Shown: positions 8,368 through 16,950 of the stretch, one piece after another
Position numbering within the stretch: position 1 is the stretch's first letter
Layout: each line of letters opens with the position of its first letter
Source: a virus
Taxonomy: Duplodnaviria; Heunggongvirae; Uroviricota; Caudoviricetes
IMG/VR virus record: IMGVR_UViG_2728369593_000006
DNA length: 26,238 bases
Direction: 5' to 3' (one strand)
Made by a program: the position numbers and the translations under genes
Notes under the pieces: model-generated
Seen by the model: the letters and a program-made list of their open reading frames with translations, nothing else
The model's database searches: none
Told to the model about the DNA's origin: nothing

Positions 8368-8814
8368 TTAAGGTTTTAATTCATCAAGACGTTGTTGGAT
8401 AGTGTTTTTGCTTGCGTTGTCTGTTATAGCCATTTGTTGTACTTGCCCCATTGCCATTTGAGTTTCCATCCACATATCGGCCCACACTTTTGTATCGTTA
8501 TTAACTTGAGCGATAGTAAATTTGACTTTTGATACCGGGGTTGTTGAATAGGCATTGCCGATTAACATTTGTCCAAAAACAGCAGACCCGCCTTCCAGTT
8601 CTTTACCACATATAACACTGCTGTTATCCGCGTTGTAAATTATCAACCCTCTACTATTGCAGTAATTCACAAGGGCATCTTTGACTTTATCTTTTGTCGT
8701 ATTTTGATAAACCCCCTCAGGTTTTCCTGATTGAGTTTTCTTTATCAATGGTACGGAAGAAGTACAACCTGAAATGATAGTTGCGCTAAGTAATAATACA
8801 GTCATTTTATTCAT
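8368..8814 (-). CDS. Lipoprotein of unknown function (moron in the Q-lysis interval)
   Basis: 148 aa; N-terminal signal peptide with lipobox LLSATIISG-C; AT-rich coding sequence; opposite orientation to the flanking phage operons. Confidence 0.6.
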   Translation of the reverse strand: MNKMTVLLLSATIISGCTSSVPLIKKTQSGKPEGVYQNTTKDKVKDALVNYCNSRGLIIYNADNSSVICGKELEGGSAVFGQMLIGNAYSTTPVSKVKFTIAQVNNDTKVWADMWMETQMAMGQVQQMAITDNASKNTIQQRLDELKP

Positions 8815-9084
8815 GTTTCTTATCCATTGTTAAGGGCATACCCACACAATTATTTTTATTGGAGATGAATAATCAACCGTTTACAATCGTAAAAAATCAA
8901 ATATGCTGTTAAGAGTGGTTACTTCGCCACACAACTTAAACCCGCCGCTGAGCGGTTTTTTTGTACCTGTAAACCTGGAGCAGTACAGTAAACACGCTGG
9001 TGGTCGTGAATACTGACTTTTTATCTTGCTGGCTTTTTAGACAAGAGTTATTGGTATGTCATGTTAACCAGAAGGGAAAAAGAC

Positions 9085-9288
9085 ATGCTAAAACAGCAAG
9101 ATATGACAGAAACCGCCGCAGCAGTCCTTCATTTCTTACCTGCTGACAAGTGGGTAACGCCACGCATGATGACGAGAACTACCGGAGTAAGCGAAGCCCG
9201 GTGCCAGTTAATACTGACTCAGTTAGTTCTGGCGGGTCTGGCGAAGGATAACGGCGGGTACGGGAATAAATTCAGACGCTGCCAGTAA
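9085..9288 (+). CDS. Hypothetical small wHTH-like protein (ORF track start 9061; ATG 9085 has the better RBS)
   Basis: 67-75 aa ORF; AAGGGAAA about 7 nt upstream of ATG 9085; no family recognised. Confidence 0.3.
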   Translation: MLKQQDMTETAAAVLHFLPADKWVTPRMMTRTTGVSEARCQLILTQLVLAGLAKDNGGYGNKFRRCQ

Positions 9289-9438
9289 TGGCGGTTTCCT
9301 GCTGTGAAAATGGGCGGCTGGTGGGTGTTGGTAGCACCTGCCAGCCATTCGCTCATGCTTACTGGTCACAAGCGAACCACGGCCCACTGCTTTAGCGCAA
9401 AAGCAGAGTGAGCCTACCAGAGTTACGCTTACAGATCC

Positions 9439-10491
9439 ATGAAAAATACTGTAAAAATAAACAGTGTTGATTTAATCAACGCTGATTGCCTGCATTTTAT
9501 TCAGTCCCTGCCTGATGATTCCATTGACCTGATTGTTACCGATCCGCCGTACTTCAAGGTGAAACCCAACGGCTGGGACAATCAGTGGAAAGGGGACGAA
9601 GATTACCTTAAGTGGCTGGACCACTGTCTGGCCCAGTTCTGGCGGGTGTTAAAACCTGCCGGAAGCCTTTACCTGTTCTGTGGGCATCGCCTGGCATCTG
9701 ATATTGAGATCATGATGCGTGAACGTTTCAACGTGCTTAACCATATCATCTGGGCGAAGCCGTCCGGACGTTGGAATGGGTGTAATAAAGAAAGTCTGCG
9801 CGCATATTTTCCTGCCACAGAGCGCGTTCTGTTTGCTGAACATTACCAGGGGCCATATCGCGGCAAAAGTGACGGCTATGCAGCAAAAGAAAGGGAACTC
9901 AAACAGCACATAATGGCACCGCTGATATCGTATTTCAGGGATGCTCGTGCCGAACTGGGTATAACGGCAAAACAAATTGCCGAAGCCACAGGTAAGAAAA
10001 ATATGGTTTCCCACTGGTTTGGTGCCAGTCAGTGGCAGTTGCCGAATGAGGCTGACTATCGGAAGTTACAGGCACTGTTTTCCCGTATAGCGGCAGAGAA
10101 GTTTCAGGAACAACAACTGGAACAACCACACCACCAGCTGGTGGCATCTTATGATTCACTGAATCGCAAATATTCTGAATTGCTGGATGAGTTTAAATCT
10201 CTCCGGCGCTATTTCTCCGTATCAGTCTCCGTGCCTTATACCGATGTCTGGATGCATAAACCCGTTCAGTTCTACCCGGGTAAACATCCGTGTGAGAAAC
10301 CTGCGGATATGCTCCGGCAAATAATCAATGCCAGTAGTCGACCTGGTGATCTGGTTGCTGATTTTTTTATGGGATCCGGTTCCACAATAAAAGCAGCAAT
10401 GGCGCTGGGGCGTCGGGCCTTAGGTGTTGAGCTTGAGTCAGAGCGGTTTAACCAGACAGTGAAAGAGATAAACGAGCTGGTGGGGAAATAA
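9439..10491 (+). CDS. Orphan DNA methyltransferase (N6-adenine/N4-cytosine family, beta-class motif order)
   Basis: 350 aa; motif IV TDPPYF near the N-terminus and AdoMet-binding motif I DFFMGSGST near the C-terminus; no adjacent restriction endonuclease gene. Confidence 0.8.
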   Translation: MKNTVKINSVDLINADCLHFIQSLPDDSIDLIVTDPPYFKVKPNGWDNQWKGDEDYLKWLDHCLAQFWRVLKPAGSLYLFCGHRLASDIEIMMRERFNVLNHIIWAKPSGRWNGCNKESLRAYFPATERVLFAEHYQGPYRGKSDGYAAKERELKQHIMAPLISYFRDARAELGITAKQIAEATGKKNMVSHWFGASQWQLPNEADYRKLQALFSRIAAEKFQEQQLEQPHHQLVASYDSLNRKYSELLDEFKSLRRYFSVSVSVPYTDVWMHKPVQFYPGKHPCEKPADMLRQIINASSRPGDLVADFFMGSGSTIKAAMALGRRALGVELESERFNQTVKEINELVGK

Positions 10492-10497
10492 TCTGGT

Positions 10498-10522
10498 GGC
10501 CACGTAGGTGGCCTTTTTATTT
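10498..10522 (+). terminator. Rho-independent terminator after the methyltransferase gene
   Basis: Stem GGCCAC/GTGGCC with GTAG loop (10498-10513) followed by TTTTTATTT. Confidence 0.5.
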
Positions 10523-10557
10523 CCATTACACAGCACCCGCATCTGCGAGGTGGGGTT

Positions 10558-10773
10558 ATGAAATCCATGGATAAGTTAACAACGGGTGTCGCCTATGGCA
10601 CCTCAGCAGGTAGTGCCGGGTACTGGTTTTTACAGTTGCTCGATAAAGTCACGCCCTCACAGTGGGCGGCAATAGGTGTGCTGGGTAGTCTGGTATTTGG
10701 CTTGCTGACGTATCTGACAAACCTTTATTTCAAGATTAAAGAAGATAAGCGTAAGGCTGCGAGAGGTGAATAA
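10558..10773 (+). CDS. S: Class II pinholin (phage 21 S21 type)
   Basis: 71 aa; [71 protein letters not shown], near-identical in pattern to S21; dual-start MKSM motif. Confidence 0.8.
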
Positions 10774-11270
10774 TGTCGCCATCATTACGCAAGGCTGTTG
10801 CTGCTGCTATTGGTGGTGGGGCTGTTGCCATAGCGTCTGTGCTCATCACTGGTCCGAGTGGTGACGATGGCCTGGAAGGTGTCAGCTACATACCATACAA
10901 AGATATCGTTGGCGTATGGACTGTATGTCACGGACACACCGGAAAAGACATCATGCTAGGTAAAACGTATACCGAAGCAGAATGCAAAGCCCTCCTGAAT
11001 AAAGACCTTGCCACGGTCGCCAGACAAATTAACCCGTACATCAAAGTCGATATACCGGAAACAACGCGCGGCGCTCTTTACTCGTTCGTCTACAACGTGG
11101 GTGCTGGCAATTTCAGAACATCGACGCTTCTTCGCAAAATAAACCAGGGCGATATCAAAGGCGCATGTGACCAGCTACGTCGCTGGACATACGCTGGCGG
11201 TAAGCAATGGAAAGGCCTGATGACTCGTCGTGAGATTGAGCGTGAAGTCTGTTTGTGGGGGCAACAATGA
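10773..11270 (+). CDS. R: SAR endolysin (phage 21 R21-type lysozyme, GH24)
   Basis: 165 aa; N-terminal signal-anchor-release segment ([18 protein letters not shown]) and lysozyme core; ATG overlaps the holin stop. Confidence 0.8.
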   Translation: MSPSLRKAVAAAIGGGAVAIASVLITGPSGDDGLEGVSYIPYKDIVGVWTVCHGHTGKDIMLGKTYTEAECKALLNKDLATVARQINPYIKVDIPETTRGALYSFVYNVGAGNFRTSTLLRKINQGDIKGACDQLRRWTYAGGKQWKGLMTRREIEREVCLWGQQ

Positions 11271-11734
11271 GCAGAGTAACCGCGATTATCTCCGCTCTGG
11301 TTATCTGCATCATCGTCTGCCTGTCGTGGGCGGTCAATCATTACCGTGATAACGCCATCGCCTACAAAGAACAGCGTGATAAAAAAGTCAGTGAGCTGAA
11401 GCAGGCGACCGCCACCATCGCTGACATGCAGCAGCGTCAGCGTGATGTTGCTGCGATCGATGCAAAATACACGAAGGAGTTAGCCGATGCGAAAACTGAA
11501 AATGAAACTCTGCGCGCTGATGTTGCCGCTGGTCGTAAGCGCCTGCGGGTCAATGCCAGTTGCTCCGCAGCCGTGCGTGAAGCCACCGGACCCACCAGCA
11601 TGGATAATGCAACCAGCCCCCGACTGGCAGACACCGCTGAACGGGATTATTTCACCCTCAGAGAACGGTTGATGACGATGCAGAAGCAACTGGAAGGGGC
11701 GCAGGAATATATCCGCACCCAGCGCATTAAGTAG
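11267..11734 (+). CDS. Rz: Rz inner-membrane spanin
   Basis: N-terminal transmembrane segment followed by coiled-coil-prone sequence; ATG 11267 overlaps the endolysin stop; Rz1 is embedded in the +1 frame. Confidence 0.7.
   Translation: MSRVTAIISALVICIIVCLSWAVNHYRDNAIAYKEQRDKKVSELKQATATIADMQQRQRDVAAIDAKYTKELADAKTENETLRADVAAGRKRLRVNASCSAAVREATGPTSMDNATSPRLADTAERDYFTLRERLMTMQKQLEGAQEYIRTQRIK
11487..11672 (+). CDS. Rz1: Rz1 outer-membrane lipoprotein spanin, embedded within Rz
   Basis: Lipobox LPLVVSA-C followed by a proline-rich mature region, entirely inside Rz in another frame. Confidence 0.65.
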   Translation: MRKLKMKLCALMLPLVVSACGSMPVAPQPCVKPPDPPAWIMQPAPDWQTPLNGIISPSENG

Positions 11735-11755
11735 CTGGAGAAAAAACACGAATCT

Positions 11756-12118
11756 GTGGTTTTTACTGAGCGCGGTGTACACGGTGGAACATATGGCGGG
11801 AAGTTTGTTGCTTATGATTATGCAGCATGGCTAAACCCCGGATTTAAATATGCAGCCTATAAAGTCCTGGATGACTACTTCACCGGAGAACTTCAGCATC
11901 GCAACAGCTTAAGTGCGCAGCTCAATATGAAGTGTCATGAGTTTGATCAGAAAAAAGATATGGCGAGCTTCTGTGGACAAGGGCTGGCGGCATGGCGCTA
12001 TACGAAGCCAGTGTTGGTCGCTGAGATTAACTCCCTGGCTAACCAGCTGCAGATAACGATCCCCGGGCTGTCCGGTATTTGCCGGTATGAAATTACCGGA
12101 AGGCGCGGTCGTTACTGA
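11756..12118 (+). CDS. Hypothetical protein with an N-terminally truncated KilA-N-like segment
   Basis: GGTYGGKFVAYDYAAWLNPGFKYAAYKVLDDYF parallels the end of the KilA-N domain at 6092-6902 ([33 protein letters not shown]); begins with GTG 22 nt after the Rz stop, in the same frame as Rz. Confidence 0.3.
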   Translation: MVFTERGVHGGTYGGKFVAYDYAAWLNPGFKYAAYKVLDDYFTGELQHRNSLSAQLNMKCHEFDQKKDMASFCGQGLAAWRYTKPVLVAEINSLANQLQITIPGLSGICRYEITGRRGRY

Positions 12119-12386
12119 GTAAGAGCAGGCATTACAGCAGCCCTTCACTGAGGGGCTGCGATAATGTGAGGAATAAAAAAACCGGCAGGGGAAATCCATT
12201 GAAGATTTGCCGGTGGCAAAAGATGGCCATGCTTTTAACCTTAGTAGCAGAGCTACGGAGTTCAACAACGACCGTCGCCGTTATCTTGCTGAAAGGCGTT
12301 TCAATGATTTTCATCAATTTATTCATCAGCAATGGTGATAATCACTCTCATTTTGGCGGGTCCTTCCGGTGGGGTGGCCTGCCACG

Positions 12387-12403
12387 GGGCGGGAGCGTCG
12401 CGG
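12387..12403. other. Lambda-like cos site (cosN cohesive-end sequence), about 180 bp upstream of the terminase small-subunit start
   Basis: GGGCGGGAGCGTCGCGG versus the lambda left end GGGCGGCGACCTCGCGG as recalled (9/12 of the cohesive end plus the identical CGCGG); followed by an AT-rich cosB-like stretch to about 12570. Confidence 0.5.
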
Positions 12404-12582
12404 AAAAAGGCTAGTTTTTACATTTCCATGGCGGCGGCAACATGTTTAGTAATTTATTGATAATTAAAAGTTATTTCTCTTTTCACCTGTACAATATTTT
12501 TTTCTCCCTGTCATTAGACCAGTTTGCAATTAATTGAAATATATAAATAAACCTGATTTTCACCTGCCAGATGGAGTTGCTT

Positions 12583-13110
12583 ATGTCAAATGTGAGCGGG
12601 ATCGGTGATGCTTATTACTGGAGTGTTTTTAAAATCGCCGAGGCCTTTGGGCTTCACCGGGACACAGTAAAAAAACGGCTCCTCGCGGCCAACACTCCTG
12701 TGGCTGCGACTGTCAGGGGGAACCCCGTTTACGCCCTGCAGCATGTCGGGCCAGCTCTGTTTAGTGTGAAGCATGAGGCAGCAGACTCTGTTCATGATCC
12801 ATCCCGTATGGAGCCGAAAGAGAGAAAGGACTGGTACCAGTCTGAAAATGAAAGGATCAAGCTGGAAAAGGAGCAGCGAAAACTCATCCCAGTTGATGAA
12901 GTAGTCATCGTCTATTCGTCCATGAGAAAGTCTGTCGTCCAGGTTCTGGAGACAATTCCGGATGTTCTTGAACGCGATTGCGCCCTGACTCCTCAGGCCG
13001 TCGGCGTTGTACAGCAGGCCATTGATGACCTGCGATACACTCTTCAGGAAAAATCCTACGAGGCTTGTGCTGCTGAATTAATTCCTGATGAGGAAGGAGA
13101 GAGTCTCTAG
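12583..13110 (+). CDS. Terminase small subunit (DNA-binding wHTH N-terminus)
   Basis: First gene downstream of cos, immediately before the large terminase subunit; GGAG RBS before ATG 12583 (ORF track start 12571). Confidence 0.6.
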   Translation: MSNVSGIGDAYYWSVFKIAEAFGLHRDTVKKRLLAANTPVAATVRGNPVYALQHVGPALFSVKHEAADSVHDPSRMEPKERKDWYQSENERIKLEKEQRKLIPVDEVVIVYSSMRKSVVQVLETIPDVLERDCALTPQAVGVVQQAIDDLRYTLQEKSYEACAAELIPDEEGESL

Positions 13111-13118
13111 GAGGAATA

Positions 13119-15219
13119 ATGGGTTTTTCATCAGCCCGAAATTTGGGAAGGGACATATCGGCAGGATTTTCCCCACCACGTCGCATGCCGATTTCGGAGG
13201 CTGTTAAAAAATTCATGCGTGTTCCCAAGGGGGCTGGTAACTCGGTGCCATGGGATCCTGAACTGACACCCTACATCATTGAGCCCATGAACTGCCTGGC
13301 ATCGCGTGAATACGATGCGGTGATTTTTGTTGGTCCTGCGCGAACAGGGAAGACCATTGGTCTGATCGATGGATGGATTGTCTATACCATCGTTTGCGAT
13401 CCTTCGGACATGCTCGTTGTGCAGATGACCGAAGATAAGGCCCGCGAGCATTCTAAAAAGCGCCTCGACAGAACGTTCAGAAGCAGTGCGGCGGTAAAGA
13501 AAAGAATGAGTCCACGTCGTAACGACAATAATGTTCATGATAAGACGTTCAGGGATGGCTCGTTCCTTAAAATTGGTTGGCCCTCGGTCAACATTATGTC
13601 GTCGTCGGATTACCGGTTTGTCGCCTTAACCGATTACGACCGTTTTCCGGAGAATATCGACAGCGAGGGTGATGGTTTCTCCCTGGCCTCAAAACGTACC
13701 ACCACATTTATGTCCGCCGGGATGACTCTGGTGGAGAGCTCGCCGGGACGTGACATCTGCGACAGCAAATGGCGACGTAAGTCGCCTCATGAAGCGCCAC
13801 CGACGACTGGTATTCTTTCCCTTTACAATCGTGGTGACCGCCGCCGCTGGTACTGGCCATGTCCGCACTGTGGTGAGTATTTTCAGCCAGCCATGGATGC
13901 CATGACCGGCTACCGTAATGAACCGGATCCCTTTAAAGCCAGTGAGGCGGCGTATCTACTTTGCCCGCACTGCAGCGGCATTATCACTGCGGAGAAAAAG
14001 CGTGAGCTCAATAGTGCAGGAGTCTGGTTGCGTGAAGGTCAGGTCATTGATCGTAACGGCAACGTTTCCGGTGAACCGCGCCGCTCCCGTATCGCCAGTT
14101 TCTGGATGGAAGGGCCAGCTGCTGCGTATCAGACCTGGGCGCAACTGGTTTACAAATTACTGACTGCAGAACAGGAGTATGAAGCGACAGGAAGCGAAGA
14201 AACACTCAGGGCGGTTATCAATACCGACTGGGGATTACCTTATCTTCCCCGCGCCAGCATGGAGCAACGAAAAAGTGAACTGCTTGAGCAGCGGGCAGAG
14301 CCAGTTCCTTCCCGCAGTGTGCCGGATGGCGTTAATTTCCTTGTGGCGGCAGTGGATGTGCAGGCGGGACGTCATCGCCGTTTTGTGGTTCAGGTAACGG
14401 GCTATGGCAGCCGTGGCGAACGCTGGATTATTGATCGTTACAACATCACGCAGCCATTGCGCGGTGACAGCGACGGGGAGAGCCAGCGAATTGATCCGGC
14501 CAGCTATCCGGAAGACTGGGATGTCCTGCTGACGGATGTTTTTCATAAAAAGCTGGCCGCTGGCCTCCGATCCTTCTCAACAAATGCGACTGATGGCAAT
14601 GGCGGTGGACTCCGGCGGTGAAGACGGGGTCACTGATAATGCCTATAAATTCTGGCGTCGTTGCCGTCGTGATGGCCTTGGTAAACGTATTTACCTGTTT
14701 AAGGGCGACAGCATCCGGCGCGCAAAACTGATCACCCGTACATTCCCTGATAACACCGGACGAACGGGCCGACGGGCGCAGGCCGCAGGTGATGTGCCGC
14801 TCTGGCTTCTTCAGACGGATGCCCTGAAAGACCGGGTGAATAACGCGTTATGGCGTGACTCGCCAGGTCCCGGCTATGTGCATTTCCCTGACTGGCTGGG
14901 GAGCTGGTTTTACGACGAACTGACGTACGAAGAGCGGAGTAGTGACGGGAAATGGAGTAAGCCGGGTCGCGGTGCCAACGAAGCTTTTGACCTGATGGTG
15001 TATGCCGAGGCTCTGGTCATTCTGCATGGATACGAAAAGATCCGCTGGCCGGATGCACCGGAGTGGGCGAGCCGGGAAACCTGGCTGGAGTGTGTCCCGG
15101 ACAGTACCGAACCGTCACCCTCACCGGAACCAGTATCCACGCCTGTTAAAAAACAAAAACGGAAGAAAACAGTAACTGACGATGTTAACCCCTGGCTGAC
15201 TTCCGGAGGATGGTTATGA
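13119..15219 (+). pseudogene. Terminase large subunit (lambda GpA family), interrupted by a +1 frameshift at about 14553-14590
   Basis: Walker A GPARTGKT and the CPHCG...CPHC zinc-finger region in ORF 13119..14621; the remaining C-terminal region (ORF 14536..15219, MAMAVDSGG...) is in the next frame with an 86-bp overlap; combined length about 700 aa. Confidence 0.75.
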
Positions 15220-15429
15220 ACCAGAATGATATCGAAGCCATGATTCAGCGTTAATACGGAAGCTGAAATGGCGGTGCTGGACGGAAAATCCGTCACCTTT
15301 AATGGTCAGCAGATGACCATGGAAAACTTATCTGAGATCCGGCAGGGACGGCAGGAGTGGGAGCGCCGCCTTGCGGCTCTGATTACACGACGACGGGGGC
15401 ATCCCGGGTACCGGCTGGCGAGGTTCTGA
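15216..15429 (+). pseudogene. gpW-like head-tail joining protein, apparently split by a +1 frameshift near 15247-15255
   Basis: ATG 15216 (ATGA overlap with terminase stop) gives MNQNDIEAMIQR*; the next frame continues NTEAEMAVLDGKSVTFNGQQMTMENLSEIRQGRQEWERRLAAL... to a stop overlapping the portal ATG; combined size about 70 aa, as for lambda W. Confidence 0.4.
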
Positions 15430-16937
15430 TGGCAATTCTTGATGATGTGATTGGCGTTTTTTCACCAGGATGGAAAGCGGCAAGGCTGCGTTCCCGTGCG
15501 GTGATCCAGGCTTATGAGGCCGTAAAAACGACGCGGACACACAAAGCCCGGCGGGAAAACCGAACTGCCGACCAGTTAAGCCAGTACGGGGCCGTGTCGT
15601 TACGTGAGCAGGCCCGTTACCTTGATAACAACCACGATCTGGTTATTGGTGTATTTGACAAGCTGGAAGAACGGGTGGTGGGGAAAAACGGGATTATTGT
15701 CGAGCCACATCCGGTATTACGCAATGGGGCCATTGCCCGTGATCTGGCAGCGGAGATACGCACCCGATGGAGTGAATGGTCTGTCAGTCCGGAAGTCACC
15801 GGGCAGTTTACCCGTCCGATGCTGGAACGTCTGATGCTGCGTACCTGGCTGCGCGATGGTGAGGTGTTTGCCCAGATGGTTTCCGGGCGCATAAACAGCC
15901 TGACGCCTTCTGCCGGTGTTCATTTCTGGCTGGAGGCGCTCGAGCCGGACTTTATTCCCATGACCAGTGATGAGAGCAACAGGCTGAATCAGGGCGTGTT
16001 TGTTGATGACTGGGGGCGTCCCGAAAAATATCTGGTGTATAAAAGCCGTCCCGTATCCGGGCGGCAGATGGAAACCAAAGAAGTGGATGCAGAGCGAATG
16101 CTGCATCTTAAATTTGTTCGCCGTCTGCACCAGATGCGCGGGACGTCTTTGTTGTCCGGTGTGCTGATCCGCCTCAGTGCCCTGAAAGAGTATGAAGATT
16201 CTGAGCTGACTGCAGCAAGGATCGCCGCTGCTCTGGGGATGTACATCCGGAAAGGCGACGGGCAGAGCTATGAACCGGATGGTAATGGCAGCAAGGAGAA
16301 TGAACGCGAGCTTACCATTCAGCCAGGCATTATTTACGACGATCTGAAACCCGGCGAAGAAATCGGAATGGTGAAGTCGGATCGTCCCAATCCTAACCTT
16401 GAAACTTTTCGTAATGGTCAGTTGCGTGCCGTGGCGGCGGGCAGTCGTCTGAGTTTTTCCAGTACGGCACGCAACTATAACGGCACTTACAGCGCCCAGC
16501 GTCAGGAACTGGTTGAGTCTACTGATGGCTACCTGATCCTGCAGGACTGGTTTATTGGTGCCGTCACCCGCCCGATGTATCGTGCCTGGCTGAAACAGGC
16601 TGCGGCATCCGGTGTTATCAGGCTACCCCGCGATCTTGACCGTTCTTCACTGTATACCGCGGTGTATTCCGGACCAGTGATGCCGTGGATTGACCCTGTT
16701 AAGGAGGCTGAGGCCTGGAAAATCCAGATTCGTGGTGGAGCGGCGACAGAATCAGACTGGGTACGTGCAGGTGGTCGTAATCCGGATGATGTCAAACGTC
16801 GGCGCAAGGCCGAAATTGATGAAAACCGCAAGCTGGATCTGGTATTTGATACCGATCCGGCCAGTGATAAAGGAGGCAGCAGTGCCGCAACGAAACGACA
16901 GGAGCCACAGCACACCGACGACCAGTCCGAAGAATAA
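15429..16937 (+). CDS. Portal protein (lambda family)
   Basis: About 500 aa, positioned between the terminase/W genes and the capsid gene; ATG 15429 overlaps the W-like stop. Confidence 0.75.
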   Translation: MAILDDVIGVFSPGWKAARLRSRAVIQAYEAVKTTRTHKARRENRTADQLSQYGAVSLREQARYLDNNHDLVIGVFDKLEERVVGKNGIIVEPHPVLRNGAIARDLAAEIRTRWSEWSVSPEVTGQFTRPMLERLMLRTWLRDGEVFAQMVSGRINSLTPSAGVHFWLEALEPDFIPMTSDESNRLNQGVFVDDWGRPEKYLVYKSRPVSGRQMETKEVDAERMLHLKFVRRLHQMRGTSLLSGVLIRLSALKEYEDSELTAARIAAALGMYIRKGDGQSYEPDGNGSKENERELTIQPGIIYDDLKPGEEIGMVKSDRPNPNLETFRNGQLRAVAAGSRLSFSSTARNYNGTYSAQRQELVESTDGYLILQDWFIGAVTRPMYRAWLKQAAASGVIRLPRDLDRSSLYTAVYSGPVMPWIDPVKEAEAWKIQIRGGAATESDWVRAGGRNPDDVKRRRKAEIDENRKLDLVFDTDPASDKGGSSAATKRQEPQHTDDQSEE

Positions 16938-16950
16938 TTCCTGGTTCAGG

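Noticed and set aside
8284-10557. Shiga toxin or tRNA genes at the Q-S junction
   Set aside because: Looked for because this is the stx/tRNA locus in Stx phages; no A/B toxin subunit ORFs and no tRNA-like T-arm motifs seen, only the lipoprotein, wHTH and methyltransferase cargo.
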